DNA from: a virus
Strand: one strand, 5' to 3'
UHGV virus genome: UHGV-0096064
Length of the DNA stretch: 64,000 bases
Positions 10,701 to 18,445 of this stretch are shown here, piece by piece (the first letter of the stretch is position 1; the number at the start of each line of letters is the position of its first letter). Under the pieces are notes generated by a model. It was not told where the DNA came from. It worked only from the letters and a program-made list of their open reading frames with translations, and did no database searches. The position numbers and the translations under genes are program-made.

Positions 10701-12259
10701 GGCGTGAGGTCGGCGATGGACACGGGCGCTTCGGATGCGTCTATCCTGTCCATCTCCTCACTGACCCCGGCGAGGGCCGCAGTAATCTCACTCTCCCTCG
10801 CAGCCTGCTCAGGAGTGTACTTCTGGTTGACGACGCCGCCGGGCAATGCAGGGGCCTGAGAGGGCTCAGGAACGTTGAAGCCGCCGACCGTACCTTCCGG
10901 TTCGGGAGTGCGCGTTCCGCGTCCGGGAGGGGGCGTTGTGGGGCCGGAATCGGCATCCCCTCCACGCAGCCCACCGATGCCGCCGAGGAACCCGCCGACT
11001 GCGGCACCAGTGACGCCCGCTTCAAGCGCACCCTCGGTCAAGGGTCGGGCGTCACCAGTCGCCGCATTGTATGCGTAGTTCTGGGAGACCTGTTCCGCAT
11101 ACTCGGAAGGGAACTCCTCAGCCGCGCCGAGGGCGACGCCGGAACCGAGGCGGCGGATGATGCCGCCGCGAATGAGCGGGGCCAGCACACTGGAGCGGGC
11201 GATGAGGGCTTCCGGCCCAAGGACGCCGGATGCGGCACCGATGCCCGATGCGATGGGCAGGGCGGCGGCAGCGGCGTCGCGGGCCATCACAGCGCGGATG
11301 TCCGCGTCGCTCATGCCCTGTGCGGCGAGGGCCTGATACTGCGGCACACGGGACAACTTCTCCGTGGGCGCGTCAAAAATCTCCTGTGCGACCTGAGCGA
11401 CCACACCTGTGGCAGACTGGACGGCACCAGCCGCAGCCGCGCCTGTAGCCGCGCCGACTGCGGAACCCACGGGGCCGCCCACGGAACCGACAGCGGCACC
11501 GCCACCTGCGGCACCGATGCTGGTCAGGACATTGGGCCACTGCTCAAGCACGAGGTTCAGGAGAGGACGAAGGCTCCTGTCCTCATACATGCGGCGGAAG
11601 ACGACCCAAGAGTCCGAGTCGGCGGCACGCAGCTCCTGTTCGCGGCGGTAGTCGTTAAGGCGCTGCGCATTCTCCGAACGGCGCTGCACCTCGTTGGCCG
11701 CGCTCTGGGAAAGCTCTCTGGCAAGCGCGTCGGCAGACTCGCGCAAGTCCGCGCCTTCGGTCTTGGACATGGCGTCGGCAAGCAACGGGATGGTGTACCC
11801 TTGGTCAATGGCCGTGTCCAACCCCTTCTGCATACTGGCGTAGAAGTTGGACATCATGGCAGGGAACCCGGTAGCTGCCGCTTCCTGTTCCTCGGCTTCC
11901 CGGCGCAAGGGCTGGAGGATGCCGTTCTTGAAACGGTTCGCCGCCGTGGTGTCCTGACCAAACCGCTGCTTGGCGTATTCGGGCCACACCTGATTCTCGT
12001 ACTGGTCGAGAATCTCGTACTTCCTCTGGTACGACGCCTCCTGCCACCACGGTTGCCCACGGAGTTCATCAATGACCCGCCGGGTCTCCTCCATCATGTA
12101 GTTCTGCTCAAGTTTCTGAGCGAGCTTGGCCTCCTCTTTCTTGTTGAGTGAGGGGGCCTTGGGAGTGGCGGGGAGCGGCGCGTGCCTGTAACCCTGCAAG
12201 GGGTCGATGGGTTCGGTAAGGATGGAGCCGCTAGGAAGACCCATGTTGTTGCGTGCCAT
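4709..12259 (-). CDS. giant virion-associated/ejected protein (2516 aa) with internal HExxH (zincin-like) motif
   Basis: Uninterrupted 7.5-kb ORF. Gly/Ala-rich and Pro/Thr/Val-rich (TVEPTVEPTVEP) low-complexity linkers. Motif NTILHEFEHYFIYEG (HExxH) near the middle. C-terminal NIDLYNRPVV...DGTISTV segment. Position at the 3' end of the structural operon next to a lytic-transglycosylase virion protein. No polymerase or other enzymatic motif confidently recognised. Confidence 0.55.
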   Translation of the reverse strand: MARNNMGLPSGSILTEPIDPLQGYRHAPLPATPKAPSLNKKEEAKLAQKLEQNYMMEETRRVIDELRGQPWWQEASYQRKYEILDQYENQVWPEYAKQRFGQDTTAANRFKNGILQPLRREAEEQEAAATGFPAMMSNFYASMQKGLDTAIDQGYTIPLLADAMSKTEGADLRESADALARELSQSAANEVQRRSENAQRLNDYRREQELRAADSDSWVVFRRMYEDRSLRPLLNLVLEQWPNVLTSIGAAGGGAAVGSVGGPVGSAVGAATGAAAAGAVQSATGVVAQVAQEIFDAPTEKLSRVPQYQALAAQGMSDADIRAVMARDAAAAALPIASGIGAASGVLGPEALIARSSVLAPLIRGGIIRRLGSGVALGAAEEFPSEYAEQVSQNYAYNAATGDARPLTEGALEAGVTGAAVGGFLGGIGGLRGGDADSGPTTPPPGRGTRTPEPEGTVGGFNVPEPSQAPALPGGVVNQKYTPEQAARESEITAALAGVSEEMDRIDASEAPVSIADLTPMFENMQRAEAAGLDIKRLEPVFVRLQGYLNRNPMVTVNAVNAYTDWKMNNTGRPVTPLTPVNPTPAPVQTEPRVEPTVEPTVEPVSTPVEPTISPVPEAPRPTVPVSSTADFNALVNRAREVMRDIASSQPPASWTSEYGLSFYDKTEELLSLLARAYQIAPDERMRASVQSVIDNVDANLSQLSGQDIKNRFEQWKKVEHDRLLRTNAGTATEAGAGGVAANRQTAAAQPADGAGVVAGSPQDVVGAGGTTQGAGAGGAAYANPGTVAGDVQPNQPMGPQAGDGADSGRSGRPDDTAGAGQAVGDGGYPSTTEQRSSDGRFTGVLGRLAESGDSVESTTSILEQFRRDRQQYYKSSGYSDAEALRQAEMDMATANTINAFLQDIRNSAESMDAFNDLQHLLDRFRKELKRDEQSANTAAVLVYRMLNTLAQVSQKTVRQMLDEITLLPTTRSENQRGSFVAERIYDPNYNLANRAVRVRPDADVNTILHEFEHYFIYEGVLVLSRMSQAEIQSNPMASQLLADLKTLARYAGVPEANFFNPPTWGSRAHESITTAFERYMMDGTVPKNSGLQPIFERVKEFILRWYVQVREVIDQYLRYSSFRQLKKDSVAYELRNDIYNAVLPVEVRDAFDRQLTGLNTPVNDIIDALRLDVDLQTRVALDVQFTNVMTSMMQAGYDPRAAYTFAADYMRDAVGMQTASPREQINLEQDNALDTSIDYAAQTMEMADAAPDSLYNNAINEAMVDPQNMTSPLATLGNTPTYVTQQLVSGLLTPQADTSVNGMQNGNMLDSTSDVVRGAETASEPPVIRTPEEIAAEKIELGDAINAELSEGMAPGDAGETANPDGTFDVNEYAPLGDVEEDGLARAAELVSTIARENAESLRKGKEMEAYRRKGFIETAYSPEWRAGRWASFATSIRRNFVDGGADFRLYCLKHLSNSRTNPDETPLLQSFNTLQNRITGAARLFMNNVYEPIMKWANENAYDIDGKSVDVDKFMSDMGRYRTAQHTLEAAPKQQIELERAVQEAYMLPNGQEKIDAVKAAKSALSAYLARQAGEDVDVNLYGGRTVAEAQAEIAEVVARYGQEKCNAGLAMLGNGYSWVTRFLFENGQLSDADFARFDEWLYYCAMTTDKQAGTGGINDISYYAPRQNFHRYGSRTPAQDAWTALVQYGTRASRSVGMSEFGSYLRQAYLMFEKQGNVTSEAGNTKFYNGMAMVPENIVNGIRYGTGQHTKQAEQWARNVEDSTDVVIRVLDVDESGQSVIQAYRVMFDDPKVHESVRNPFYAAAPDKVLSALATVTRSYASVYTRFKPYFPVLTSVRDFTERVSYLPTRNFTNERGENVPGARIACQMVGFALNPMNFIRLARYWSTGTSGNAYIDRMMQDFKASGVDSSSNYNELLRLNKRRTATDVRAVIPNSLKKLGSGTIGKAINTITEWGNFFYALPTFAQFIKMRENGINMRDTVSGVSTLMNMAQRGRFTSRYLSPLFPFTNSIGQTASNLLGALGLHTMTFGNHPQARQLRMKAIRGWAVLFASYASIRALIPLIQDSLGEGEEGERILDMMPLSQVCTFIPVGTGGGAYVKWPTGFGPAMLGALAAYGFDRVERGKMSCGDLMATMMVVFGKSLVPNSMPAFEFKQNPMQFIIQTMSPMIMQPAVQVATGYSYSGAKLSYDSYNRTARQSDHYNLTTDRTWVNIAKGLYDAIGVDMAPEEIRALANGYLGGVLQGVMAWIEHDPLYKNPIYQSTREQLGPFWSALGATSIYATGMNVTQTSFYNAREHYENLIRRAGIGNALKGTVGEKKDILLSAGFTQEEADDYISIYVADRQLSDLNSETRKTLDALFGPDMDEDAIRQVYTDWSIARNAVQENTVNGLNYFNRGYRGRFDVPDEDASAALRHEVPNAPVIPGNIDLYNRPVVKNADGTISTVATMTEQDGDGLWVNFPSIGPNGERWSPEQAWQHYLLTGEHLGKFRTLEAAEKAAIALHDDQADLYMN

Positions 12260-12263
12260 ATGC

Positions 12264-13481
12264 TTATCCTAATGCCGTTACGGGTACGGCGTCGATTAAC
12301 GCCAACAATTCATTCTTGTACGGACTGTTCAGGGCATCCACATGGAGGAAGTCCGCCGTGCCGAAGGCGTTGGTGCGGCGAAGCTCGTTCTCCAAATACT
12401 CCAGAGGCGTCGGCTGCGCCGGGGCTGCCGCGACCGGGACAACGTTGCGCGGGTCGGCCAAGAGGTCGGCCATCCCCTGTTCAAACGAGGTGCCCTTCGG
12501 CTGGATGACGTTCCCGTTCGCATCCATAGGCAGGGTCTGGAACTGAGTGGGTGCCGCCGCCATCTGCTGCGGCGGGGCGAGAAGGAACTCAGGAGTATCC
12601 AGAGGGCCGACCGCAACTGGAGCTGGAGCCTGCTGAGGGATAATCTCTACGCCCGTGCTCGTCCTGTCAACATTGGGCTGCTGGACAAGGGTCGGCTCGT
12701 CGATGTGGTACGAGGGATAGGTGTGCCGGGGCGTGAGCGGCGTCGGCGCACGCAGCACGCTGTCGAGCGCGGCGAAGGTATCGGGAGTCAGCGGGCCGGG
12801 AGCGATGGCAAGAGGCCGCCTCCTGTTGTACCGGGCGTTGAGGGCGTCGCGCACGGAGCTGCGGTTGTAGGCGGGGATGGGGCCGACCGAGACCTTGGGC
12901 ATCGGGCGGGCCATAGGCGCAGGCTGCGTCGCTCCGCCGGGCAGGGTGGGATACTTCACATCCTGTCCGTTCGCCCACCGCTTGAGCGCGGTGTTATAGG
13001 CGGTATAGGCGAAGTCGGAAGTCCGTGTGCCGTGCCGTCCTTTTGCGAGGCTGGAGGATGGGAGAGCAGCCCAACGCTGTGCGAGCTTGGGGAGGGCCGC
13101 GTCGAAGTCGCCGCGCATCAACGGGTCGAGGGCACCCGTGTCCATCATGAGCGCAATCGCCATCCTGTCCTGCGCTTCGGGAGAGAACCCGGAGATGTTG
13201 TACCGCTTGGCGAGGTCATCGGCTGTGGACTTGAGAATCTGGTAGCGGCCCGCAGCCGTGGACTTCTGCTGTTTCCCACGCAGGTCGGTATATGTCCCGG
13301 CGACGTTGGGGTGCGCGGAGAAATCGGACATCCGCCCGGCACCGAACAGGGCGTCGTAGCCCTGCCCGGCGGCGTAGGCGTCCTTGCCGACTTCCGCTTC
13401 GGCAATCATGTCCAGAGCGGCACGCACGTAAGGGTTGCGTAACGCCTCTTCCATCCGTGTTGTACGTGACGATGCGGCCAT
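12264..13481 (-). CDS. virion protein with N-terminal lambda-R-like lytic transglycosylase (GH104) domain
   Basis: STAAGRYQILKSTADDLAKRYNISGFSPEAQDRMAIALMMDTGALDPLMRGDFDAALPKLAQRWAALPSS aligns residue-for-residue with phage lambda R (STGAGRYQLLSRWWDAYRKQLGLKDFSPKSQDAVALQQIKERGALPMIDRGDIRQAIDRCSNIWASLPG). Has a ~250-aa Pro-rich C-terminal extension. Confidence 0.8.
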   Translation of the reverse strand: MAASSRTTRMEEALRNPYVRAALDMIAEAEVGKDAYAAGQGYDALFGAGRMSDFSAHPNVAGTYTDLRGKQQKSTAAGRYQILKSTADDLAKRYNISGFSPEAQDRMAIALMMDTGALDPLMRGDFDAALPKLAQRWAALPSSSLAKGRHGTRTSDFAYTAYNTALKRWANGQDVKYPTLPGGATQPAPMARPMPKVSVGPIPAYNRSSVRDALNARYNRRRPLAIAPGPLTPDTFAALDSVLRAPTPLTPRHTYPSYHIDEPTLVQQPNVDRTSTGVEIIPQQAPAPVAVGPLDTPEFLLAPPQQMAAAPTQFQTLPMDANGNVIQPKGTSFEQGMADLLADPRNVVPVAAAPAQPTPLEYLENELRRTNAFGTADFLHVDALNSPYKNELLALIDAVPVTALG

Positions 13482-14635
13482 TATTTCTTCCCTTGCTGCT
13501 GCGCGGCTCCGGTATCAATAAGGAACTGAGTCGTGGCGTTGCCCATCTCTGCGTTGATGGGAAACATCCGGTACTGTCCCTCTTGCGTGCGCAGGACAAT
13601 GTTGTTGCCAGCGATGACCATGTTGCCGGGGGTGATGCCGTCAAGGACATCCTGAGTCACGCCGATGTTCGCCAAATCGTCGATGGTGGCGAAGCTGTCG
13701 GCCTGCAACGGGTCACGCTCATAGGGCTGCCGCGTCGCATAGGAGGAGACCGGGAGACCCAAAAGGTTGTTGTAGTAGTCCTCGTTCGAGAACGGCGTCA
13801 GGTTGTCCGTGGCCCGGTACTGCCACTTCCCATCGACCATCGTCGGGTTCAGGTTGGGCAGGGCATAGGACGACCGAGTGCTCGGAGTAATCCCATAGTC
13901 CCGATAGAGCTGCTCGACGCGGGCGTTGTAGGCGTTGATGTCCCTCTGCTCCGAGTCGTAGGCCGCACGCTGCTCAGGAGAAAGCGCCTGATTCGCGTCG
14001 ATGGTGGGCGTCCGGCGAGGCAGCCCACGGTATTCCGGTTGCTGCTGAGTCGGGACGGTGGCGGCAGTGGGCTTCTGCGTCGAGGTCGGCGCAGTGGTCG
14101 AAGGCTGCGTCGGCTGTCCGCCCGGCTTGAAGTTCGGGATGGACGGGATGGAAGGTATCGTCTGCTGCGGGGAACCCGTCAGGCTCGGCGTGGTCGCGCC
14201 GCCCGGAACAGGATTGCCGTACTTGTCGCGGGGGATGCCCACGTTGTTGGCCGCCCAATCGTAAGCGCGGGTGTCGTACCCATATCTGGACAGAGCCGCA
14301 TTCAGGGCGGCGAGCTCCCCGGTCGCCCGGTCATTGGCGTACTGCGGGGCCACGCTGGTGCGCGCCTGCGAGAGTGCGGACTCCTGAGCGAAACGCCCCG
14401 GCATGGCCGCTTCTTCCAGAATGTCCTGCCGCTCAAGGGAACGGTTGTTCAGGGCGTGCTTGTCGGTAATCTCGAACTCCCGGTTGACGCGGGGGGAGAA
14501 AGTAGCCAAGGCTTCAAGGTTGTCCAGTTGGCCCTTCTGGACGGTGTTGTATTTCTGCAAGTCATCCCAATTGGCTTTGCGGGCAAGCTCGGTGCCTTCA
14601 ATCCAAGGGGTGAACAAATCGGGAATAATCAGCAT
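13481..14635 (-). CDS. hypothetical virion protein (Pro/Thr/Gln-rich middle)
   Basis: 384-aa ORF in the structural operon. No recognised family. Confidence 0.45.
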   Translation of the reverse strand: MLIIPDLFTPWIEGTELARKANWDDLQKYNTVQKGQLDNLEALATFSPRVNREFEITDKHALNNRSLERQDILEEAAMPGRFAQESALSQARTSVAPQYANDRATGELAALNAALSRYGYDTRAYDWAANNVGIPRDKYGNPVPGGATTPSLTGSPQQTIPSIPSIPNFKPGGQPTQPSTTAPTSTQKPTAATVPTQQQPEYRGLPRRTPTIDANQALSPEQRAAYDSEQRDINAYNARVEQLYRDYGITPSTRSSYALPNLNPTMVDGKWQYRATDNLTPFSNEDYYNNLLGLPVSSYATRQPYERDPLQADSFATIDDLANIGVTQDVLDGITPGNMVIAGNNIVLRTQEGQYRMFPINAEMGNATTQFLIDTGAAQQQGKK

Positions 14636-14657
14636 ACCAGCCCCCTCACTTCATTAT

Positions 14658-15494
14658 TTAGTTTGCAATCGGCCCCATTGCCAATACCGTTCCTAAAGAG
14701 GAGGACTGCCCCGTCAATGGGGATGCCGACGAGAACTGCGCCGGGTATCGCGTCTCCCGTGCGGTGCTCAGGTATCCGAGAAGTTTCATAGCACCTTGGG
14801 CACCGGAGTCAAGCAAGCCGCCGAGCTGCGCCAAGGCGTCGTTTGCGGCACCAGCGTAGCTTGCGGAAATCTGCTGGATGCCGCGACCTAGGTTGAGTAT
14901 CTGCGTCCTGCGGTTCCAACGCTGGTCGCTCTTGATGTACGACCAGAACGCTTCGTCCCGCAGGTTGTAGTTGATGGTGTCGTCACGGGAGATGGCTTCG
15001 GCGTAGTCCATGTCGTTCAGGAGGGACGTATCCACGCAGAGCGCATACTTCTTCGCGAGGTCGGCCATAATCTCATCGGCCCACCGGAACGCGGAGTTGT
15101 TGTAGGAGTTGCCCCGTTCCCGTGCTCCGGGATAGTCCGGTTCATGCTCCTCGGCGTTGCCCGCCTCGTTCAGCATGGCCCGCTCCAGCGGCGCATAGTT
15201 GTCCTTGAAGCGGTTCCATCTGTCCTCGGCTATGTTGGCGTAGTCCTTGGCGATATCATACCGCTTCTCCATGATGGAGATTTGCGCGATGGTGTTGGCC
15301 GTAGCCACGGCGATAAGCGCCGCCTTCCACAGCATCTTCTCCCACGACTCGCCCGCGTCCCCATATTCCGGCTGCGCCCAATTGCACATCTGCTCACGGA
15401 TGATGGCGATGTCGGCAGCCTGTTGCTGCTGGTAGCCGTCGATGGATGTGGACGATACGGTGACGTTCCCGTTCGGGATGCAATGGCAGCTCAT
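14658..15494 (-). CDS. hypothetical virion protein, paralog A of tandem pair
   Basis: 278 aa. Shares two conserved blocks with neighbour 15498..16319 (AALIAVATANTIAQISIMEKRYDIAKDYANIAEDRWNRF vs AAAVAVAGINTAAAIKIADWQYEIAKQYLDIAKWWRNYY; RWNRRTQILNLGRG vs RWKRRTEVMNRGRG ... RYP/QYP). Confidence 0.5.
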   Translation of the reverse strand: MSCHCIPNGNVTVSSTSIDGYQQQQAADIAIIREQMCNWAQPEYGDAGESWEKMLWKAALIAVATANTIAQISIMEKRYDIAKDYANIAEDRWNRFKDNYAPLERAMLNEAGNAEEHEPDYPGARERGNSYNNSAFRWADEIMADLAKKYALCVDTSLLNDMDYAEAISRDDTINYNLRDEAFWSYIKSDQRWNRRTQILNLGRGIQQISASYAGAANDALAQLGGLLDSGAQGAMKLLGYLSTARETRYPAQFSSASPLTGQSSSLGTVLAMGPIAN

Positions 15495-15497
15495 GGC

Positions 15498-16319
15498 TTA
15501 TCCTCCTAAAGCATTGCCCCCGGCGGCCTGCATCGAGCCGTCAGGGTTCACGACGACGCCCGACCGGATGGTGGGTTCCGGCGCAGGCTCAGGAGCGGGC
15601 GCGGCGGCAGGGGCCGCCATCGGCATGGGGGCCATCATCTGCTGCGTCCGGCCACGCATCAGGGTGGGATACTGCGTCTCATTCTTGTTCCACGAGTAGC
15701 CCAGATAGCGAAGGGCTCCGGCGGCACCCTTGCCAGCCTGCTTGCCCAAGTCGCCGAAGATGCCGAACGACAACTGAGAGAACTGGATGTTGTTCGCCAT
15801 CATGCCCCGGCCCCGGTTCATCACCTCGGTGCGCCGCTTCCAGCGCACGTCATTGCGCGCCTCAATGAACGCCCGCTCGTTGCGGTAGCCGAGACCGGAC
15901 AGAGCAGCCAAGGTAGTGGCTTCCGAGTTCAGCACGTCCTTGAGGAGCGCCTCACGCAACCCGGTGCAATACTCGCTCGTACACTGGATGGACTTCTCAG
16001 CCAGCCCCTTGAACTGGAGTCTGCCGTATGTCCGGGAACGACCAACGGCGATGTCGTAGAGAGGCTTCTCTTCCTCCAGCGCCCACGCTTCTTCCAGTTC
16101 CTTGTCTTCCCAAGGCTTGTAGGCAGAGTTGTAATAGTTGCGCCACCACTTGGCGATGTCCAGATATTGCTTGGCGATCTCATACTGCCAGTCCGCTATC
16201 TTGATGGCAGCCGCCGTATTGATGCCAGCAACGGCGACAGCCGCCGCCTCCATAATCGTATTGACTAGGTTCTTGTTGGAGTCCGTCTGTCCATGACGGC
16301 AAGTGAGTGACGTAGCCAT
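15498..16319 (-). CDS. hypothetical virion protein, paralog B of tandem pair
   Basis: 273 aa. See paralog A. Poly-Ala/Pro C-terminal tail. Confidence 0.5.
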   Translation of the reverse strand: MATSLTCRHGQTDSNKNLVNTIMEAAAVAVAGINTAAAIKIADWQYEIAKQYLDIAKWWRNYYNSAYKPWEDKELEEAWALEEEKPLYDIAVGRSRTYGRLQFKGLAEKSIQCTSEYCTGLREALLKDVLNSEATTLAALSGLGYRNERAFIEARNDVRWKRRTEVMNRGRGMMANNIQFSQLSFGIFGDLGKQAGKGAAGALRYLGYSWNKNETQYPTLMRGRTQQMMAPMPMAAPAAAPAPEPAPEPTIRSGVVVNPDGSMQAAGGNALGG

Positions 16320-16329
16320 AGCAACCTAC

Positions 16330-16788
16330 CTAGGCTTTTACATGACGGTCTACGGTAAACGAGTGCTTCTTGGGCCACGGCACCGTGGCGTCGCCCGGCA
16401 CCTCGGAACTAATCCATATCTCATTGATGCCCATGAACCCGATAATGTTCATGAGATACTTGAACAGGCCGTCCTGAATCTCCCGCGTCCGGCCATAATA
16501 AACTTCGGCCTGTACCGCCGTGGCGTTGTACAGGAGGGGGACGAACCGGACGCCGATGAAGAACCCGACAGGCTTGTCGTCCTCATAGGCAATGATGATG
16601 AGGAGACTCCCCATAATCCACATCTGGGTGAACGTGAGCACGTTGAAGCTCATGTCGCACCCGTACATGGACTTGCCCCGTTGAGCCCAATACTCATTGA
16701 GCATCGGCATCAACGTCTTCTGCATGAACTCGATGGCGTCCGAGTGTTCCCTCGGCTCCTCAATGTACTTGTATACAACCTTGGACAT
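16330..16788 (-). CDS. hypothetical protein
   Basis: 152-aa ORF, tight spacing within the operon. Confidence 0.4.
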   Translation of the reverse strand: MSKVVYKYIEEPREHSDAIEFMQKTLMPMLNEYWAQRGKSMYGCDMSFNVLTFTQMWIMGSLLIIIAYEDDKPVGFFIGVRFVPLLYNATAVQAEVYYGRTREIQDGLFKYLMNIIGFMGINEIWISSEVPGDATVPWPKKHSFTVDRHVKA

Positions 16789-16801
16789 GCTACCCTACCT
16801 T

Positions 16802-18445
16802 TTATCGTCCTGAGTTTACGGTCATTTCCGTCATGCCAATATCGACATAATCAACATCGCCAGTCCCATACAGGCCCACTCTATAATTAAGATGTCGGCC
16901 CACTCGTCCAAGTCGCACAGGTTCTTCATCATGGATGTAACACGCATAAGCCAAATCCGGGTGAGGTGTGAGAAGTTTAAACAGCGTCCCTTGCGTCCGT
17001 ACCTTGGCGGTCGTGGGGGATGCCTTGCCGCCGAACGACAGCTCCCGGCTCTCCCAAATGTAGGGGCGCAGCGTGTCCCCGGCGTTCCACTGGTAAATCA
17101 ACCTGTCCGTCTCCAGCATCATAAGCTCACCCGTGCTCGTTGTCACCATGTCCACAGGCTGGTCGCTGATAGTGGAGAGGGCACCCAACCGGAAGTCGGT
17201 GTAAGTATCCCCATCAATCTCCAGCATGAACGAGATGATGTCGGTGACGCAGATGAGGTACCCGCGCCAGTAGGCAAGGCGCACCGTGTCCGGGCGAATC
17301 TTTATCCAGTCGTCCGTACTGAACCACTGCGAGGTGATAATCTGGAACTTGGCATTTGGCATGACAAGGACAAGCCCATCCTTGGAACTGTACACCATCC
17401 CGAACGGCGTGGCGATGGCGGAGTTGGGATAGCCGCAGGCGATGTCCGGGAGAGGGATGTCGGCCTCTTCCGTGTTCCGGCACTTGCGGGGCTCGCAGCT
17501 CGGCCCCCCGTCGATGACGTAGGGGTAGCCATCCGTCGAGACGAACACCGTCGAGTCCACCGTCACCATATGGACGATGTTATACGGCAGAGTCATGTCG
17601 TACTCGGCGGGCCAGTTGTACGGCTGGAAGGCGGCGGAGAAGTGTACCTCGTTGTCGGTCACTCCAGTCAGCACGCCCGTTCCCCGCATGTACCGGATGT
17701 ACCGGAGATTCTTCGGGGGCACCCTGACCTCACGGGTGTTGCACACGGGGCCAAGGTACATCTCTTTCAGCGTGTCCGTATAGGAGTTGGTCGGCAACTG
17801 AATCTCGGCCACTTTCAGGAAGTCGGTGGCGGGTTCCTGTTCCTTCGTATGGTCATCCCGGTAGGCCGTCGCCGTCCGGTAAATCCATATCTCCGTGATA
17901 CCGTACCCATCCGGGGGAAGCGCCATGTTGCTGACGACCACCGGGTCGCCGTCCTTCACGGTGACGGACGTGCTGATAGGACTGGGAGCGGACTCCTCCC
18001 CGAAGATGTTCACGTAGGTGTACATATAGCTTCGGGAGGAACAGTCGCGCCCATCCTTCTCCGTGGCGGATACGGTCGGTGCCGACACCGGGGCCGGGAC
18101 GCCGAGGAAGTAGTAGGTCGGGATGCAGTCATCCAGCACCATCGTCTCCGGTTGGTCGACGCGCCCGGTGAGGAACAGCCGCCCGTAGTCGGTGACATAC
18201 TCGGCGACGGTGACGCACTCGGCCCACGTCAGGGCGTAGCACCCCTTGTAGTACAGGGTCTTGGCATCATTGACCGCCATGTCCACGGCCTTGCGTTCAC
18301 GCCATGCCTGCACCTTGCTGTTCCGCAGCTTCACATCATGGGCGACGGTCGCCTCGTTCTCACGCAACAGATGCCACGGGGTACGCGGTACGATGCCGCC
18401 GAAGTTCTGGATGATGGGCATAATGACTCCTACGATGCGCAGCAC
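16802..18445 (-). CDS. putative tail structural protein
   Basis: 547-aa ORF in the tail region. Beta-rich composition. No family recognised. Confidence 0.4.
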   Translation of the reverse strand: MLRIVGVIMPIIQNFGGIVPRTPWHLLRENEATVAHDVKLRNSKVQAWRERKAVDMAVNDAKTLYYKGCYALTWAECVTVAEYVTDYGRLFLTGRVDQPETMVLDDCIPTYYFLGVPAPVSAPTVSATEKDGRDCSSRSYMYTYVNIFGEESAPSPISTSVTVKDGDPVVVSNMALPPDGYGITEIWIYRTATAYRDDHTKEQEPATDFLKVAEIQLPTNSYTDTLKEMYLGPVCNTREVRVPPKNLRYIRYMRGTGVLTGVTDNEVHFSAAFQPYNWPAEYDMTLPYNIVHMVTVDSTVFVSTDGYPYVIDGGPSCEPRKCRNTEEADIPLPDIACGYPNSAIATPFGMVYSSKDGLVLVMPNAKFQIITSQWFSTDDWIKIRPDTVRLAYWRGYLICVTDIISFMLEIDGDTYTDFRLGALSTISDQPVDMVTTSTGELMMLETDRLIYQWNAGDTLRPYIWESRELSFGGKASPTTAKVRTQGTLFKLLTPHPDLAYACYIHDEEPVRLGRVGRHLNYRVGLYGTGDVDYVDIGMTEMTVNSGR

